DNA of 64,000 bases from Acidobacteriota bacterium (GCA_965205505.1 CBDBHB010000009.1:992001-1056000); one strand, 5' to 3'. Numbered from the stretch's first letter, positions 1 to 9,252 are shown. Made by a program: numbers and translations. Notes: generated by a model not told the origin, from the letters alone.

Positions 1-191
1 ACGGAACCGTGTTCGACTACGACTCCCACGTACCGATGATCGTGGCCGGGCCCGGCGTCGTCGCACGCCAGCACGACGAGCGTGCCGCAACCGCGGATCT
101 CGCTCCAACGCTGGCAGCTCTACTCGGCATCGAGCCTCCGGCCGACCTGGACGGACGCGACCTCAGCGCGCAGGTGCGCAGCAAACGCTAG
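1..191 (+). CDS. Alkaline phosphatase/sulfatase superfamily protein, C-terminal part (runs off window)
   Basis: GTVFDYDSHVPMIVAGPGV...DLAPTLAALLGI...LDGRDL is the typical C-terminal motif set of this superfamily; the stop TAG lies in a CTAG at 188-191. Confidence 0.75.
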   Translation, partial: GTVFDYDSHVPMIVAGPGVVARQHDERAATADLAPTLAALLGIEPPADLDGRDLSAQVRSKR

Positions 192-208
192 CAGGCCCGC
201 CACGCTTC
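188..208. repeat. Collapsed remnant of the 279-bp repeat
   Basis: ctagcaggcc (left end) joined directly to cgccacgcttc (resembles right arm ccaggcccgccacacttcc of the 57625 copy) across shared caggcc. Confidence 0.55.
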
Positions 209-487
209 CTAGCAGGCCGTGGTGAAAGTGTGGTGGGTCTGGCGACAGGGTCTTGCGAAGTGGAGGCAAGGAGAGAGGAGGAGGCGATGGTTACCCTATC
301 GTTGACGAGGAACGACGCAGCAAACGCGCGCAACCCCCTATCGCCCGAAGGGTTACGGCGATTTGGGGCCATTTGCGGCGTTGGCCTTCCTGGACGATGG
401 CTAGGGCATCGCCTGTGTCAGGCCTCCTTACATCTGGCCCCAACTCGCCGTAACCAGATCCACCACACTTTCACCACGGCCTGCTAG
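209..487 (+). mobile_element. 279-bp MITE-like structured repeat, full copy 1
   Basis: Ends ctagcaggccgtggtgaaagtgtggtgggtctgg ... ccagatccaccacactttcaccacggcctgctag (34-nt TIR, 1 mismatch); near-identical to copies at 33709 and 51232. Confidence 0.9.
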
Positions 488-491
488 GCGG

Positions 492-770
492 CTACTGGTT
501 GCTCCAGGAGGTGCGAGTTGGCACCGACTGCGTGCAGTTGATGCGCTCCGTCATGCCCGTCGCCAAGGCCGAGCAGGCCATTTCGGCGGCGGTGCGGATG
601 GCTTCTTGGCGCGTTGTGCCCGAGGCCTCGCGGCATTCCGTGCGACCCTTGAAGGTGAAGCAGATTTCGCCCGTGACCAGTGCCAGGCCCATGCTCGAGT
701 ACACGATCAACGCCAACAGGCCGACAACGAGCAACCCTACCGCGACAAATACGCCCCTGCGACTCCCCAT
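492..770 (-). CDS. Small membrane-anchored hypothetical protein with 4 Cys
   Basis: N-terminal hydrophobic helix followed by ICFTFKGRTEC...AC...C; protein-like composition. Confidence 0.65.
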   Translation of the reverse strand: MGSRRGVFVAVGLLVVGLLALIVYSSMGLALVTGEICFTFKGRTECREASGTTRQEAIRTAAEMACSALATGMTERINCTQSVPTRTSWSNQ

Positions 771-853
771 TGCTCGATGATACAGTCAACCTGCTCCCAG
801 CAACGGCTGGTGTCTTCGGCGCGCCAGGCAGCCGACGCCTCCTACGACGACGG

Positions 854-2308
854 ATGACCCTAATGCGCAAGACTCTTGCAGCGCTGCTGCTGCTGTTGAC
901 TGCCCTCCCACTCGCCACTGGCGCCAGTCCCACGCAGTCGGACGAACACGAGGTATGGACACGGTTTCGTGGTCCGAACGGATCGGGAGTGGTCGAGACC
1001 GGCGCCCTGCCGACGACTTTCGGCCCCGACACCAACGTTATCTGGAAGACCGAGCTGGCAGAGGGACACTCGTCGCCGATCCTATCGGAGCGGCGCATCT
1101 TCCTCACGGCGACGGATGATGAGCGTCTGCTGACGATAGCGCTCGATCGCGAGAGCGGCGAAGTGCTTTGGGAGCGCGAGACTCCGCGGCCTCGAGCGGA
1201 CTTCTTCGACAACCGCAACAACGCGGCCTCGCCGAGCCCGGCTGTGGACGACGCCTCGATCTATGTCTTCTTCCCCGACTTCGGCATGGTGTCGTACACG
1301 TTCGAGGGCGAAGAGCGCTGGCGCGTGCCGCTCGGTCCGTTCAACAACATCTACGGCATGGGTGCATCACCGGTCGTCGTCGACGACAAGGTAATTCTGG
1401 TCTGCGACCAGAACGTCGGATCGTTCATGGTCGCGGTCCACAAGGACACCGGTGAGATCCTCTGGGAGGTCGAGCGGCCCGAGGCCAAGAGCGGGCACGC
1501 CACGCCGGTGGTCTGGGAGTCGCCTGAGGGCGATACGCAGCTGATCTTGCCGGGCTCTTTCCTGCTGGATTCCTACGATCCAGACACCGGCGAGAAGATC
1601 TGGTGGGTGCGTGGTCTCTCGTTCGAAATCAAATCTACGCCGGTCATCCTCGACGGTATCGCGTACATCAACGGCTATGGAGCGCCGATCAACCAGCCCG
1701 GGAATCAGGTCTTCCTGCCTTCTTTCGCCGAGGTTGTATCGGAGCGCGACGGCGACGGCGACGGCTTCATCAACGTCGATGAGATGCCTCAGAACCGCGC
1801 TCGGAACTGGTTCTATCTCGCCGATTTGGACGTTGACGACATGCTCGATGCGGACGAATGGGCCTATCTGCGAGCAGCGCTGGAGAGCCGCAACGGCATG
1901 CTGGCGATCCGCCTGGGCGGTCGTGGTGACATGACCGACGAGAACTTGATCTGGGAGTACAACCGCTCCGTCCCGCAACTGCCATCGCCGCTCATCTACA
2001 ACAACGTTCTGTACATGGTGAACGACGGCGGTATCGTCACGTCGTTTGATCCGCAGACCGGCGAAGTAATCAAGCAGGGACGCCTGAAGGGCGCAGTGGA
2101 TCAGTACTACGCGTCGCCCGTCGCCGGCGACGGCAAGGTCTTCATGCTGTCGGAGCTCGGCATGCTATCGGTACTCGAGCCGGACGGCGGCCTCGAGCCG
2201 ATCACCGTGTCGGATCTCGACGACCTCTGCTACGCCACCCCAGCGATCGCCGACGGTCGGATCTACGTGCGCACCCGCGGCACGCTCTACGCGTTCGGGT
2301 TGAGCTGA
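854..2308 (+). CDS. Secreted PQQ/BamB-like beta-propeller protein with EF-hand-like insert
   Basis: Signal peptide MRKTLAALLLLL; WTRFRGPNGSG start motif; repeated SSP/G..W blades; DGDGDGFINVDE and DLDVDDMLDADE loops. Start taken at ATG 854 (863 also possible). Confidence 0.85.
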   Translation: MTLMRKTLAALLLLLTALPLATGASPTQSDEHEVWTRFRGPNGSGVVETGALPTTFGPDTNVIWKTELAEGHSSPILSERRIFLTATDDERLLTIALDRESGEVLWERETPRPRADFFDNRNNAASPSPAVDDASIYVFFPDFGMVSYTFEGEERWRVPLGPFNNIYGMGASPVVVDDKVILVCDQNVGSFMVAVHKDTGEILWEVERPEAKSGHATPVVWESPEGDTQLILPGSFLLDSYDPDTGEKIWWVRGLSFEIKSTPVILDGIAYINGYGAPINQPGNQVFLPSFAEVVSERDGDGDGFINVDEMPQNRARNWFYLADLDVDDMLDADEWAYLRAALESRNGMLAIRLGGRGDMTDENLIWEYNRSVPQLPSPLIYNNVLYMVNDGGIVTSFDPQTGEVIKQGRLKGAVDQYYASPVAGDGKVFMLSELGMLSVLEPDGGLEPITVSDLDDLCYATPAIADGRIYVRTRGTLYAFGLS

Positions 2309-2421
2309 GGCTCCGGTTCGGGCGTGCTCACCCGGTGGCGTGGCGCGCAAGCCGATCCAGCCGGGTGAAGCGCGCGCCAGCTTGTCGCCGATCTCAGCAG
2401 CTTGACGACCGTTGCTTCATT

Positions 2422-2502
2422 TCAGTCGGCCCGAAGGGCTACTACCGGGTCGACGCCCGAGGCACGGATCGCCGGGAGCCAGCTCGCCACTAGAGCGACC
2501 AT
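2422..2502 (-). pseudogene. Isolated C-terminal tail of an ABC/ADOP-type permease
   Basis: MVALVASWLPAIRASGVDPVVALRAD* matches the conserved P-A-x-R-A-x-x-V-D-P-x-x-A-L-R terminus of FtsX/MacB/ADOP permeases; the rest of the gene is absent. Confidence 0.7.
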
Positions 2503-2512
2503 CCCGAGCTCC

Positions 2513-3556
2513 CTACTCCACCTCTCGGAGTATCGCCCCGGAGGCAAATCCGGCCCCGAAGGCAACGTCGATCTCGAACCCACGACGCGGTACGCCGTTA
2601 GCTCGCGCGTCGGGATCGAGGTACCCGAGCGGGATCGACGCAGTGGACGTGTTGCCAAAATGCACGATCCCGTTCGTGTACACTCGCTCGAGTGGCATCC
2701 CAAGCTTGCTGGCAACGCTTTCGATAATGCGCAGGTTTGCCTGGTGTGGATAGACGAAGCTCACATCGTCGAGGCTGACCGGGTCGGGATTGTCGCGATT
2801 GTACTTCTCGACGACGGTGTGGATGTCGTTGACCATCGTGCGCACCGCCACACCGTAGACTTTGCGGCCGCTCATGTGCAGATAGGGACGGACACCGGTC
2901 TGCTTGTTGGAGAACGACTCCGGCGAACCCGGCGCCCACTGTGTTTCGAGTACTGGGTCGGAGTACAGGTAGTCGCCGTAGCGTCCGTCGGCATGAGTGT
3001 GAATCGCCAGGATTCCGCCACGATCCACCTGGCGGACAACCACGGCACCGGCCCCGTCGCCCAGCAAGACGCAAGTTCCGCGGTCCGTCCAGTTCGTAAT
3101 GTGCGACAGGCCGTCCACACCGATCACCAACGAGATCAGCTCATCGCCGTCGCGCACCTTCGAAACCCAGATCTTGTTGTACGCTTCCTCGACCGCGTAT
3201 ATGAAGCCGGCACAGCCGGCAGATATGTCGGCGGCCGATGCGTTGAAGGCGCCGATTGCAGCCTGCACTTGCGTCGCCAGGCTCGGGAAGCGGGCCCAGG
3301 TATTGACCCCGACGCGGATGTCGCCGACCTGCTCTGGTGTGATCCCGGCGTCGTCGAGCGCCTGCCGGGCGGCGGCCACCGCCATGTCGAGGATGGTTTC
3401 GTCCGCGCCCAGGATGCGGCGCTCACGAATGCCCGTGCGCCGCTGGATCCACTCGTCGGTGGTGTCGATGATCCGTTCGAGGTCGTGGTTGGTAAGGACC
3501 GTAGACGGCACGTAGGCGCCGAAGCCCACGTAGCCGATGGAAAGATCCGGCTTCAT
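2513..3556 (-). CDS. fabH: 3-oxoacyl-ACP synthase III (KAS III)
   Basis: TGIRERR, AGCAGF (catalytic Cys), GDGAGA, PHQANLRII, GNTSTASIP. Confidence 0.9.
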   Translation of the reverse strand: MKPDLSIGYVGFGAYVPSTVLTNHDLERIIDTTDEWIQRRTGIRERRILGADETILDMAVAAARQALDDAGITPEQVGDIRVGVNTWARFPSLATQVQAAIGAFNASAADISAGCAGFIYAVEEAYNKIWVSKVRDGDELISLVIGVDGLSHITNWTDRGTCVLLGDGAGAVVVRQVDRGGILAIHTHADGRYGDYLYSDPVLETQWAPGSPESFSNKQTGVRPYLHMSGRKVYGVAVRTMVNDIHTVVEKYNRDNPDPVSLDDVSFVYPHQANLRIIESVASKLGMPLERVYTNGIVHFGNTSTASIPLGYLDPDARANGVPRRGFEIDVAFGAGFASGAILREVE

Positions 3557-3691
3557 GTCGGGCCTGCATCCGGGGGCGCACGAGTCACCCTCGGTTGGTT
3601 GCCGCGCGGAATGAGAGCATGGCGCGGATGATGGAGGGGTCAGGAAGTAAGAAGTATGGGATGGAGGTTCCTACCCTTTGCGCCCGCCTGT

Positions 3692-3764
3692 CAAGCAGGA
3701 CGCCTTGCATCTGGCCCCAACTCGCCGCAACCAGGCCCGCCACCGTTCCACCACGGCCTGCTAG
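3692..3764 (+). repeat. Partial copy (right part) of the 279-bp repeat
   Basis: gccttgcatctggccccaactcgccgcaaccaggcccgccaccgttccaccacggcctgctag matches the right third of the element; its CTAG contains the fbp stop. Confidence 0.85.
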
Positions 3765-4810
3765 CGCACGCCGGTCTCGAACTCGACGGCAAGCCTCATA
3801 TCTTCCTCAGACCCCATGTACAGCGGTATGCGCTCGTGCAGCTCGGTGGATTGCACATCGAGGATGCGCTCAGTTCCGGTTGAAGCCATGCCGCCGGCCT
3901 GCTCGATGACCATTCCCATGGGGTTGGCCTCGTACATCAGACGCAGCTTCCCGCCGGGAGCCTTGTGCGTAGCCGGGTACATGAAGAGCCCGCCGTAGAG
4001 CAGCGTGCGGTGCACGTCGGCCACCATCGAGCCGATGTAGCGTGCCGAGTACGGTCGCCCCGTGGACGCATCGTCCTCCTGGAGATAATCCAGGAATCGA
4101 CGAGTGCTCTCGAAGAAAACGTTCCGGTAACCCTCGTTGATGCTGTAGATGTTGCCCTTCCTGGGAATCTCGATATTCGGATGCGAGAGCAGAAACTCGC
4201 CGATGCCCGGGTCCAGTGTGAAGCCGTAGACCCCGGCGCCGGTGGTGTAAACCAACATGGTGCTCGAGCCGTAGAGGATGTAGCCGGCTGCCACCTGCTC
4301 GGATCCCTTGCGCAGTAGATCCACCAGGCTGCCATGTCCGGGCTCGGTAACGCGACGGTAAATCGACCAGATCGAGCCGATCGACACGTTGGCATCGATG
4401 TTCGATGAGCCGTCCAACGGATCGAACAGCAGCACGTACTCGCCAGTGGCGAACTTGTCCGGAATGGCGATGGGTTCGTCGGCTTCCTCCGAGCCCATCA
4501 GACACAGCATGCCGCCGTGATCGAAGTTCTTGATAAAGCACTCGTTGGCGAACTCATCGAGCTTCTGCACCCTCTCGCCCTGGATGTTCGTTGTCCCTGT
4601 CTCGCCGACGATGTCCACCAGGCCCGCCTTGTTGACCTCGCGGGCGATGAGCTTGCCGGTGAGAGCGATGTCGTAAAGCAGTCGCGTCAAGGAGCCGGTG
4701 GCGTCGGGATGCTGTTTCTGGCGATCGAGAACGTGGCGCTCGATCGTGACAATTTGGTTGGGCCGCGTGACGATCGGCGTCTTCACTGCTGCGGCCGGGC
4801 GGCTGGGCAT
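3761..4810 (-). CDS. fbp: Class 1 fructose-1,6-bisphosphatase
   Basis: [47 protein letters not shown]. Confidence 0.97.
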   Translation of the reverse strand: MPSRPAAAVKTPIVTRPNQIVTIERHVLDRQKQHPDATGSLTRLLYDIALTGKLIAREVNKAGLVDIVGETGTTNIQGERVQKLDEFANECFIKNFDHGGMLCLMGSEEADEPIAIPDKFATGEYVLLFDPLDGSSNIDANVSIGSIWSIYRRVTEPGHGSLVDLLRKGSEQVAAGYILYGSSTMLVYTTGAGVYGFTLDPGIGEFLLSHPNIEIPRKGNIYSINEGYRNVFFESTRRFLDYLQEDDASTGRPYSARYIGSMVADVHRTLLYGGLFMYPATHKAPGGKLRLMYEANPMGMVIEQAGGMASTGTERILDVQSTELHERIPLYMGSEEDMRLAVEFETGVR

Positions 4811-4965
4811 GAGATTCCTCCGAGTGTCTGCTGACGCAGGACACCTTACGCTGCGGATAAGCGATCAGCCTAATTCTCGCCTGCCGACGGACGAAATCAA
4901 GCGCGGCGGCCCGTCTCACGTATTGCAGGACAGTTGGGCATGCCCCTGCAGGAGCGCTGATACCG

Positions 4966-5331
4966 ATGGTAAGCTCGTTCGTCGTTGCCCGTCGCCGCAT
5001 CGCACAGTGCCGTATCTGTCTGGAGCGAGATACCAGCTTGAGGCTCATTCCGGCAGCGGCGCAAGACGACGTCGACCGCTGCTACCTGGCAGTGGCGACC
5101 ATCCTCGACGACGCACGGGTCGAGATCGAGGCTGCGGGCCCCCGCTTGGATCGGGATGTAGTGTTCCGCGAGGAGTTTATCGGTGGATGTCTACTGTTGG
5201 TCCAGTGCATGTTCTGCGCCATGTACAGAGAGACCTGCCCGCTGGCTCTGCGTCGGGTTGCCGGCTGTTTGTGTGCCCAGGCGCGTGGTCTCAAGGAGTA
5301 TCTCTGGGCGCGGCTGGAGCGTGTCGCGTAG
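4966..5331 (+). CDS. Cys-rich hypothetical protein
   Basis: Purine-rich AGGAG upstream; fills the gap between fbp and the next gene; CRIC, CMFC...C and CLC motifs. Confidence 0.5.
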   Translation: MVSSFVVARRRIAQCRICLERDTSLRLIPAAAQDDVDRCYLAVATILDDARVEIEAAGPRLDRDVVFREEFIGGCLLLVQCMFCAMYRETCPLALRRVAGCLCAQARGLKEYLWARLERVA

Positions 5332-5388
5332 GGTCGAGCGACCCATCTGGGGAGGCATTCGGTCGATTGAACCGGCATACTGAGCGAC

Positions 5389-6243
5389 ATGTTTCGAGCC
5401 GGAGAACTCCGCACACCCGGGGCGCATCGCCGATCGCGCGCCGGCGGCCTGGCGTTGGCGATCGGCGCCGGCGCCCTGAGTTGCACGAGCGCGCTGGACA
5501 ACGGCAATCGGCCGGCGCTGGATGGCGTTGATTCGGCCAGCGCACCTCGCACCCAGACCTACGAAGTGGTGCGTAGCTATCCACACGATCCGGCAGCGTT
5601 TACTCAGGGCCTCGTGTTTCACAGTGGCCACCTCTACGAGGGCACCGGGCGCCGCGGCGAATCGTCGCTTCGCAAGGTCGAGCTGGAGACCGGTCGGGTG
5701 CTCGAGTCCGTCGACTTGCCACCGATGTTCTTCGGTGAGGGGATCGCCATCCTCGGGCAGCGCGTCTATCAGCTCACATGGCAGTCGGGTATAGGTTTCG
5801 TCTACGACCTTGAGAGCTTCACTGTCGTGGCGCAGTTTCAGCAGTTCACCGTGGGCTGGGGGCTGACCCACGACGGCGAACAGCTCATCCTGAGTGACGG
5901 GAGCTCGCGGATCTACTTCCTCGATCCCGGAACGATGGCGATGGTTCGGCAGATCGAGGTGCGCGATCAGGGGCGCCCGGTAGACCAGATCAACGAGCTC
6001 GAATACATCGACGGCGAAATCTACGCCAACGTTTGGCATAGCGACGACATCCTGCGAATCTCTCCTCGCACCGGCGAGGTGCTCGCACGGATCGACATGT
6101 CGGGCATTATCGACGCCGACCTGATTCGCGATCCTGGGGCGGTGCTCAACGGTATCGCGTACGATGCGGCGAGCGGCCGGACGTTCGTCACCGGCAAGCT
6201 CTGGCCGCGACTCTTCGAGGTACGGTTCGTCAGCCAGCGCTGA
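5389..6243 (+). CDS. Glutaminyl-peptide cyclotransferase (bacterial/plant type), probable lipoprotein
   Basis: YPHD..AFTQGL, FGEGI, QLTW, GWGLT, NELEYI.G..YANVW, VLNGIAYD, TGKLWP. Confidence 0.93.
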   Translation: MFRAGELRTPGAHRRSRAGGLALAIGAGALSCTSALDNGNRPALDGVDSASAPRTQTYEVVRSYPHDPAAFTQGLVFHSGHLYEGTGRRGESSLRKVELETGRVLESVDLPPMFFGEGIAILGQRVYQLTWQSGIGFVYDLESFTVVAQFQQFTVGWGLTHDGEQLILSDGSSRIYFLDPGTMAMVRQIEVRDQGRPVDQINELEYIDGEIYANVWHSDDILRISPRTGEVLARIDMSGIIDADLIRDPGAVLNGIAYDAASGRTFVTGKLWPRLFEVRFVSQR

Positions 6244-6300
6244 CATCCGGGCAGCGCAGGCGGAACCGGTGGCGCTCGCCAGCGTCGGGCGTTCCGCAGC

Positions 6301-6552
6301 TCAGATCGAGCCCTCGGTCTTGGCGAACGAGGAGTCCTTGTCGCCGCCAAACCGATACCCGCCACTGAAACCGATCTTCTTGTGCTCGATCGCTATCACC
6401 TGCGAGCTGTTGAACACCACGGTCGCCTGCTCACCTTCGATCGAGGCGGCCTTGCGTGGTAGCAGCTCGACGAACCTGCCATCGCACAAGAAGCGCGCAT
6501 CGTCCGCTTCGATGACGGTGTCGTCGCTGAGCTCGATCTCGTAACGCGCCAT
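6301..6552 (-). CDS. Small hypothetical protein
   Basis: 83 aa with ordinary globular composition and codon style like neighbouring genes; no family recognised. Confidence 0.6.
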   Translation of the reverse strand: MARYEIELSDDTVIEADDARFLCDGRFVELLPRKAASIEGEQATVVFNSSQVIAIEHKKIGFSGGYRFGGDKDSSFAKTEGSI

Positions 6553-6588
6553 GGGGCGAGACTTTAACAGGCGGACGCAGGGACGGAG

Positions 6589-6735
6589 CTAGCGCGGGTT
6601 GCCGGGTGCCCTTGGCGAGCGACGAACGACCGCTACGGCGAGCTCGCGCCGTAGCTCGACCGCCGTCCGGATGACCGTCCAGGCCGACCAGAGCGCCAAC
6701 GCGGCGAGCGATAGAGGGATAATTTGATCCAGCAT
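6589..6735 (-). CDS. 48-aa predicted single-pass membrane peptide (not in ORF track)
   Basis: AAAGGA 7 nt before ATG; MLDQIIPLSLAALALWSAWTVIRTAVELRRELAVAVVRRSPRAPGNPR*. Confidence 0.55.
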   Translation of the reverse strand: MLDQIIPLSLAALALWSAWTVIRTAVELRRELAVAVVRRSPRAPGNPR

Positions 6736-6748
6736 CTGCAAGTCCTTT

Positions 6749-6799
6749 AAACCCCGGGTCGTCGGGCCCCCCCGTGCTTCGGCCCGACGACCCGGGTTT
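6749..6799. promoter_or_regulatory. Long GC-rich hairpin (terminator or leader structure)
   Basis: cccgggtcgtcgggcc (6753-6768) is a perfect inverted repeat of ggcccgacgacccggg (6781-6796); flanked by aaa/ttt. Confidence 0.6.
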
Positions 6800-7007
6800 C
6801 GTAGTCCACTTTTCCGTTCCTTGTCCTGTTAGACGCGCGAGCACCAGGTTCGGTTGCTCTCGCTATCTTACTTATTCGCTCAAACGACCGCAGAAGTTTC
6901 AGTTTGTATGACGATGACCTTCGAACGTGCGCAACTATCGGGTCGCGACCTGTCGGCGGCGGGCGTAGCGTAGGCTTCTCGCTGACAACAAGCCTCGAGG
7001 GGATTCG

Positions 7008-7850
7008 ATGAGCGCAGACTATCGCCGCATCCGGGAAGCCATCCGATATGTGCGGTTTCATGCCGACGAGCAGCCGCAACTAGACGATGTGGCGGCTCAT
7101 GTCGAGCTCAGCAAGTTTCACTTTCAGCGCCTGTTTCGGCGCTGGGCGGGCGTTTCGCCGAAGCGCTTCCTGGAGTTCGTGACCGTGCAACACGCCAAGC
7201 GGTTGCTGCGAGAGTCGGCCTCGGTGCTCGAAGCGTCTCTCGAGACCGGGCTATCCGGACCGTCCAGGTTGCACGACCTGTTCGTGAGCGCCGAGGCGGT
7301 GACCCCCGGTGAGTACAAGTGGCGCGGCGCCGGTTTGGAGCTACGGTTCGGGTTCCATGAATCCGCGTTCGGAGAGTTCTTGATCGCGGTGAGCGATCGG
7401 GGTATTGCCGCGCTGGCGTTTACCGTTGCCGGGGGGCACAAGGCCGCCGTCGACGATCTTGCCTCGGACTGGAGCGCGGCGGCGCTGCTGCGGGACGATG
7501 CTGGAACGGCAGCGGCAGCACGCCAGGCATTCGCGTTCGATCGGGTCGATCGACCGCTTCGCTTGTTGCTTCGAGGCACCAATTTTCAGATCCAGGTTTG
7601 GCGGGCGCTGCTGGCGATTCCCCCAGGAGCGATTGTTTCGTACGGCGACGTGGCGGCGGCGATCGGTCGGCCTGCTGCGCCGCGCGCGGTTGCCAGCGCC
7701 ATCGCCAACAACAGGATCGCCTGCCTGATCCCCTGCCATCGCGTGCTTCGCGCCAGTGGCGACTTCGGTGACTATCGCTGGGACCCGGCGCGCAAGGTTG
7801 CCATGCTCGGTTGGGAGGCGGCACACCTGGAGGTCGCGGTGCATGCCTGA
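7008..7850 (+). CDS. ada: AraC-HTH / methylated-DNA-protein-cysteine methyltransferase fusion (Ada-like, no N-terminal Zn domain)
   Basis: LSKFHFQRLFRRWAGVSPK HTH; GTNFQIQVW; IPCHRV active site. Confidence 0.9.
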   Translation: MSADYRRIREAIRYVRFHADEQPQLDDVAAHVELSKFHFQRLFRRWAGVSPKRFLEFVTVQHAKRLLRESASVLEASLETGLSGPSRLHDLFVSAEAVTPGEYKWRGAGLELRFGFHESAFGEFLIAVSDRGIAALAFTVAGGHKAAVDDLASDWSAAALLRDDAGTAAAARQAFAFDRVDRPLRLLLRGTNFQIQVWRALLAIPPGAIVSYGDVAAAIGRPAAPRAVASAIANNRIACLIPCHRVLRASGDFGDYRWDPARKVAMLGWEAAHLEVAVHA

Positions 7851-9252
7851 CACCGAGCTGGTGGCGGCGTTGCGACGCCTACGCCAGGTCGCGGGGGCAA
7901 TGAACGAGAAGGTCGCCGATGGCCCGGTTTCCGAATCGTGCACCGTGACCGAGGTGCGCGCCCGGATCGGCGGTCTCTTCGATCTTGCCAAGCCGACCTC
8001 ACCCGACGAGCTTGTCGAACGGGTCGTCGAGCGGTTGGCGGCCGACACCGTGCACGTCACCCACCCGCGCTACTTCGGGCTCTTTAACCCCGCTGTTCCG
8101 CCGATCACGGTAGTCGCGGATGCGTTGGTGGCGATGTTCAATCCACAGCTTGCCGCATGGGAACATTCGCCTGCAGCTCAGGAGATGGAGCGCCTGGTGC
8201 TCGGCTCGCTGGGACGGCTCGTCGGCCTGGAGCTTGACGGCGGCATGGCCCACTTCACCAGCGGTGGCGCCGAGGCCAACGGTACCGCGACGCTGGCGGC
8301 GCTGGTGGCGGCGTTCCCGGCTCTGCCTGAGACCGGGCTGCGAGCGCTGCCGGCGCAACCAACGCTCTATCTTTCCGGGCAAGGTCACGACACCTTCTTG
8401 AAGATCGCCGTCGCCTGTGGACTGGGCCGAAAGGCGGTGCGGCGCGTCCCGGTTGACGATGATTTCCGCATGGACGTGGCGGCGTTGCGCGATCAGCTGC
8501 GGCGAGACCGAGCCCGCGGTGAGCAGCCGTTTCTGGTGGTCGCGACCGCCGGCACGACGGCGACGGGGGTGATCGACCCGCTCGAGTCGATTGCCGAGGT
8601 GGCAGGCGAAGAGCGCCTCTGGATGCACGCCGATGCCGCTTGGGGCGGTGGCGCGCTCCTATCGGAGCGCCTCCGACCGGCACTAGCCGGCATCGACGCG
8701 GCAGATTCGATGACCTGGGACGCTCACAAGTGGCTATCGGTGCCGATGGCCGCCGGCATGTTCTTCAGCCGCCGCCCCGCCGCCGTACGTGCGGCGTTCG
8801 ACGTCCACGCGACGTATGTACCGCCCAGTCCCGAAGGCGCCGACGATCCCTACATGGTTTCGTGGCAGTGGAGTCGCCGGTTCATCGGCCTCAAGGTGTT
8901 CATGGCTTTGGCCGAGGTCGGGCTGCAAGGCTACGCGGAGCGCGTTGAGCATCAGGCAGATATGGGCGATCGCTTGCGTCGACGATTGGGGGAGTCCGGC
9001 TGGTTGCTGTGCAACCGTACTCCTCTGCCGCTGGTTTGCTTCAGCCATCCGCAGATCGAATGCGGCCACACCACCGCGCCCGAGGTGGTCGCGCGGGTCA
9101 TCGCCTCGGGGCGGGCTTGGGCCTCGACGATTCACCTGCCCACCGGCGCGGAGGTCATTCGCGCCTGCGTCTGCAACTATCGCACCAGCCCCGAAGACAT
9201 CGATGCCACCGCGCGTGCGTTCGACGGCGCGTTATCGATGACGGTCGGGTAG
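7843..9252 (+). CDS. PLP-dependent group II amino-acid decarboxylase
   Basis: HPRYFGLFNP, TSGGAEAN, TAGTTATGVIDP, HADAAWGG, DAHKW; start at ATG 7843 overlapping the ada end. Confidence 0.9.
   Translation: MPDTELVAALRRLRQVAGAMNEKVADGPVSESCTVTEVRARIGGLFDLAKPTSPDELVERVVERLAADTVHVTHPRYFGLFNPAVPPITVVADALVAMFNPQLAAWEHSPAAQEMERLVLGSLGRLVGLELDGGMAHFTSGGAEANGTATLAALVAAFPALPETGLRALPAQPTLYLSGQGHDTFLKIAVACGLGRKAVRRVPVDDDFRMDVAALRDQLRRDRARGEQPFLVVATAGTTATGVIDPLESIAEVAGEERLWMHADAAWGGGALLSERLRPALAGIDAADSMTWDAHKWLSVPMAAGMFFSRRPAAVRAAFDVHATYVPPSPEGADDPYMVSWQWSRRFIGLKVFMALAEVGLQGYAERVEHQADMGDRLRRRLGESGWLLCNRTPLPLVCFSHPQIECGHTTAPEVVARVIASGRAWASTIHLPTGAEVIRACVCNYRTSPEDIDATARAFDGALSMTVG

Noticed and set aside
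230-487. Recurrent 66-94 aa ORFs (MVGLATGSCEV..., MAPNRRNP...) and a GGAGGAGG-ATG inside the repeat
   Set aside because: They recur only because the repeat recurs; the main frame has a TAG in the 57625 copy and is cut in the 189-bp copy; no transposase similarity
2402-3631. Long antisense and alternative-frame ORFs (also 5191-6246, 38576-39880, 44818-45897, 46318-47505 and others)
   Set aside because: Shadow ORFs of well-supported genes, expected in high-GC DNA
6800-7000. tmRNA, 6S or other known ncRNA in the AT-richer spacer before ada
   Set aside because: No tRNA-like ends, tag frame or other diagnostic motif found; more simply a promoter region
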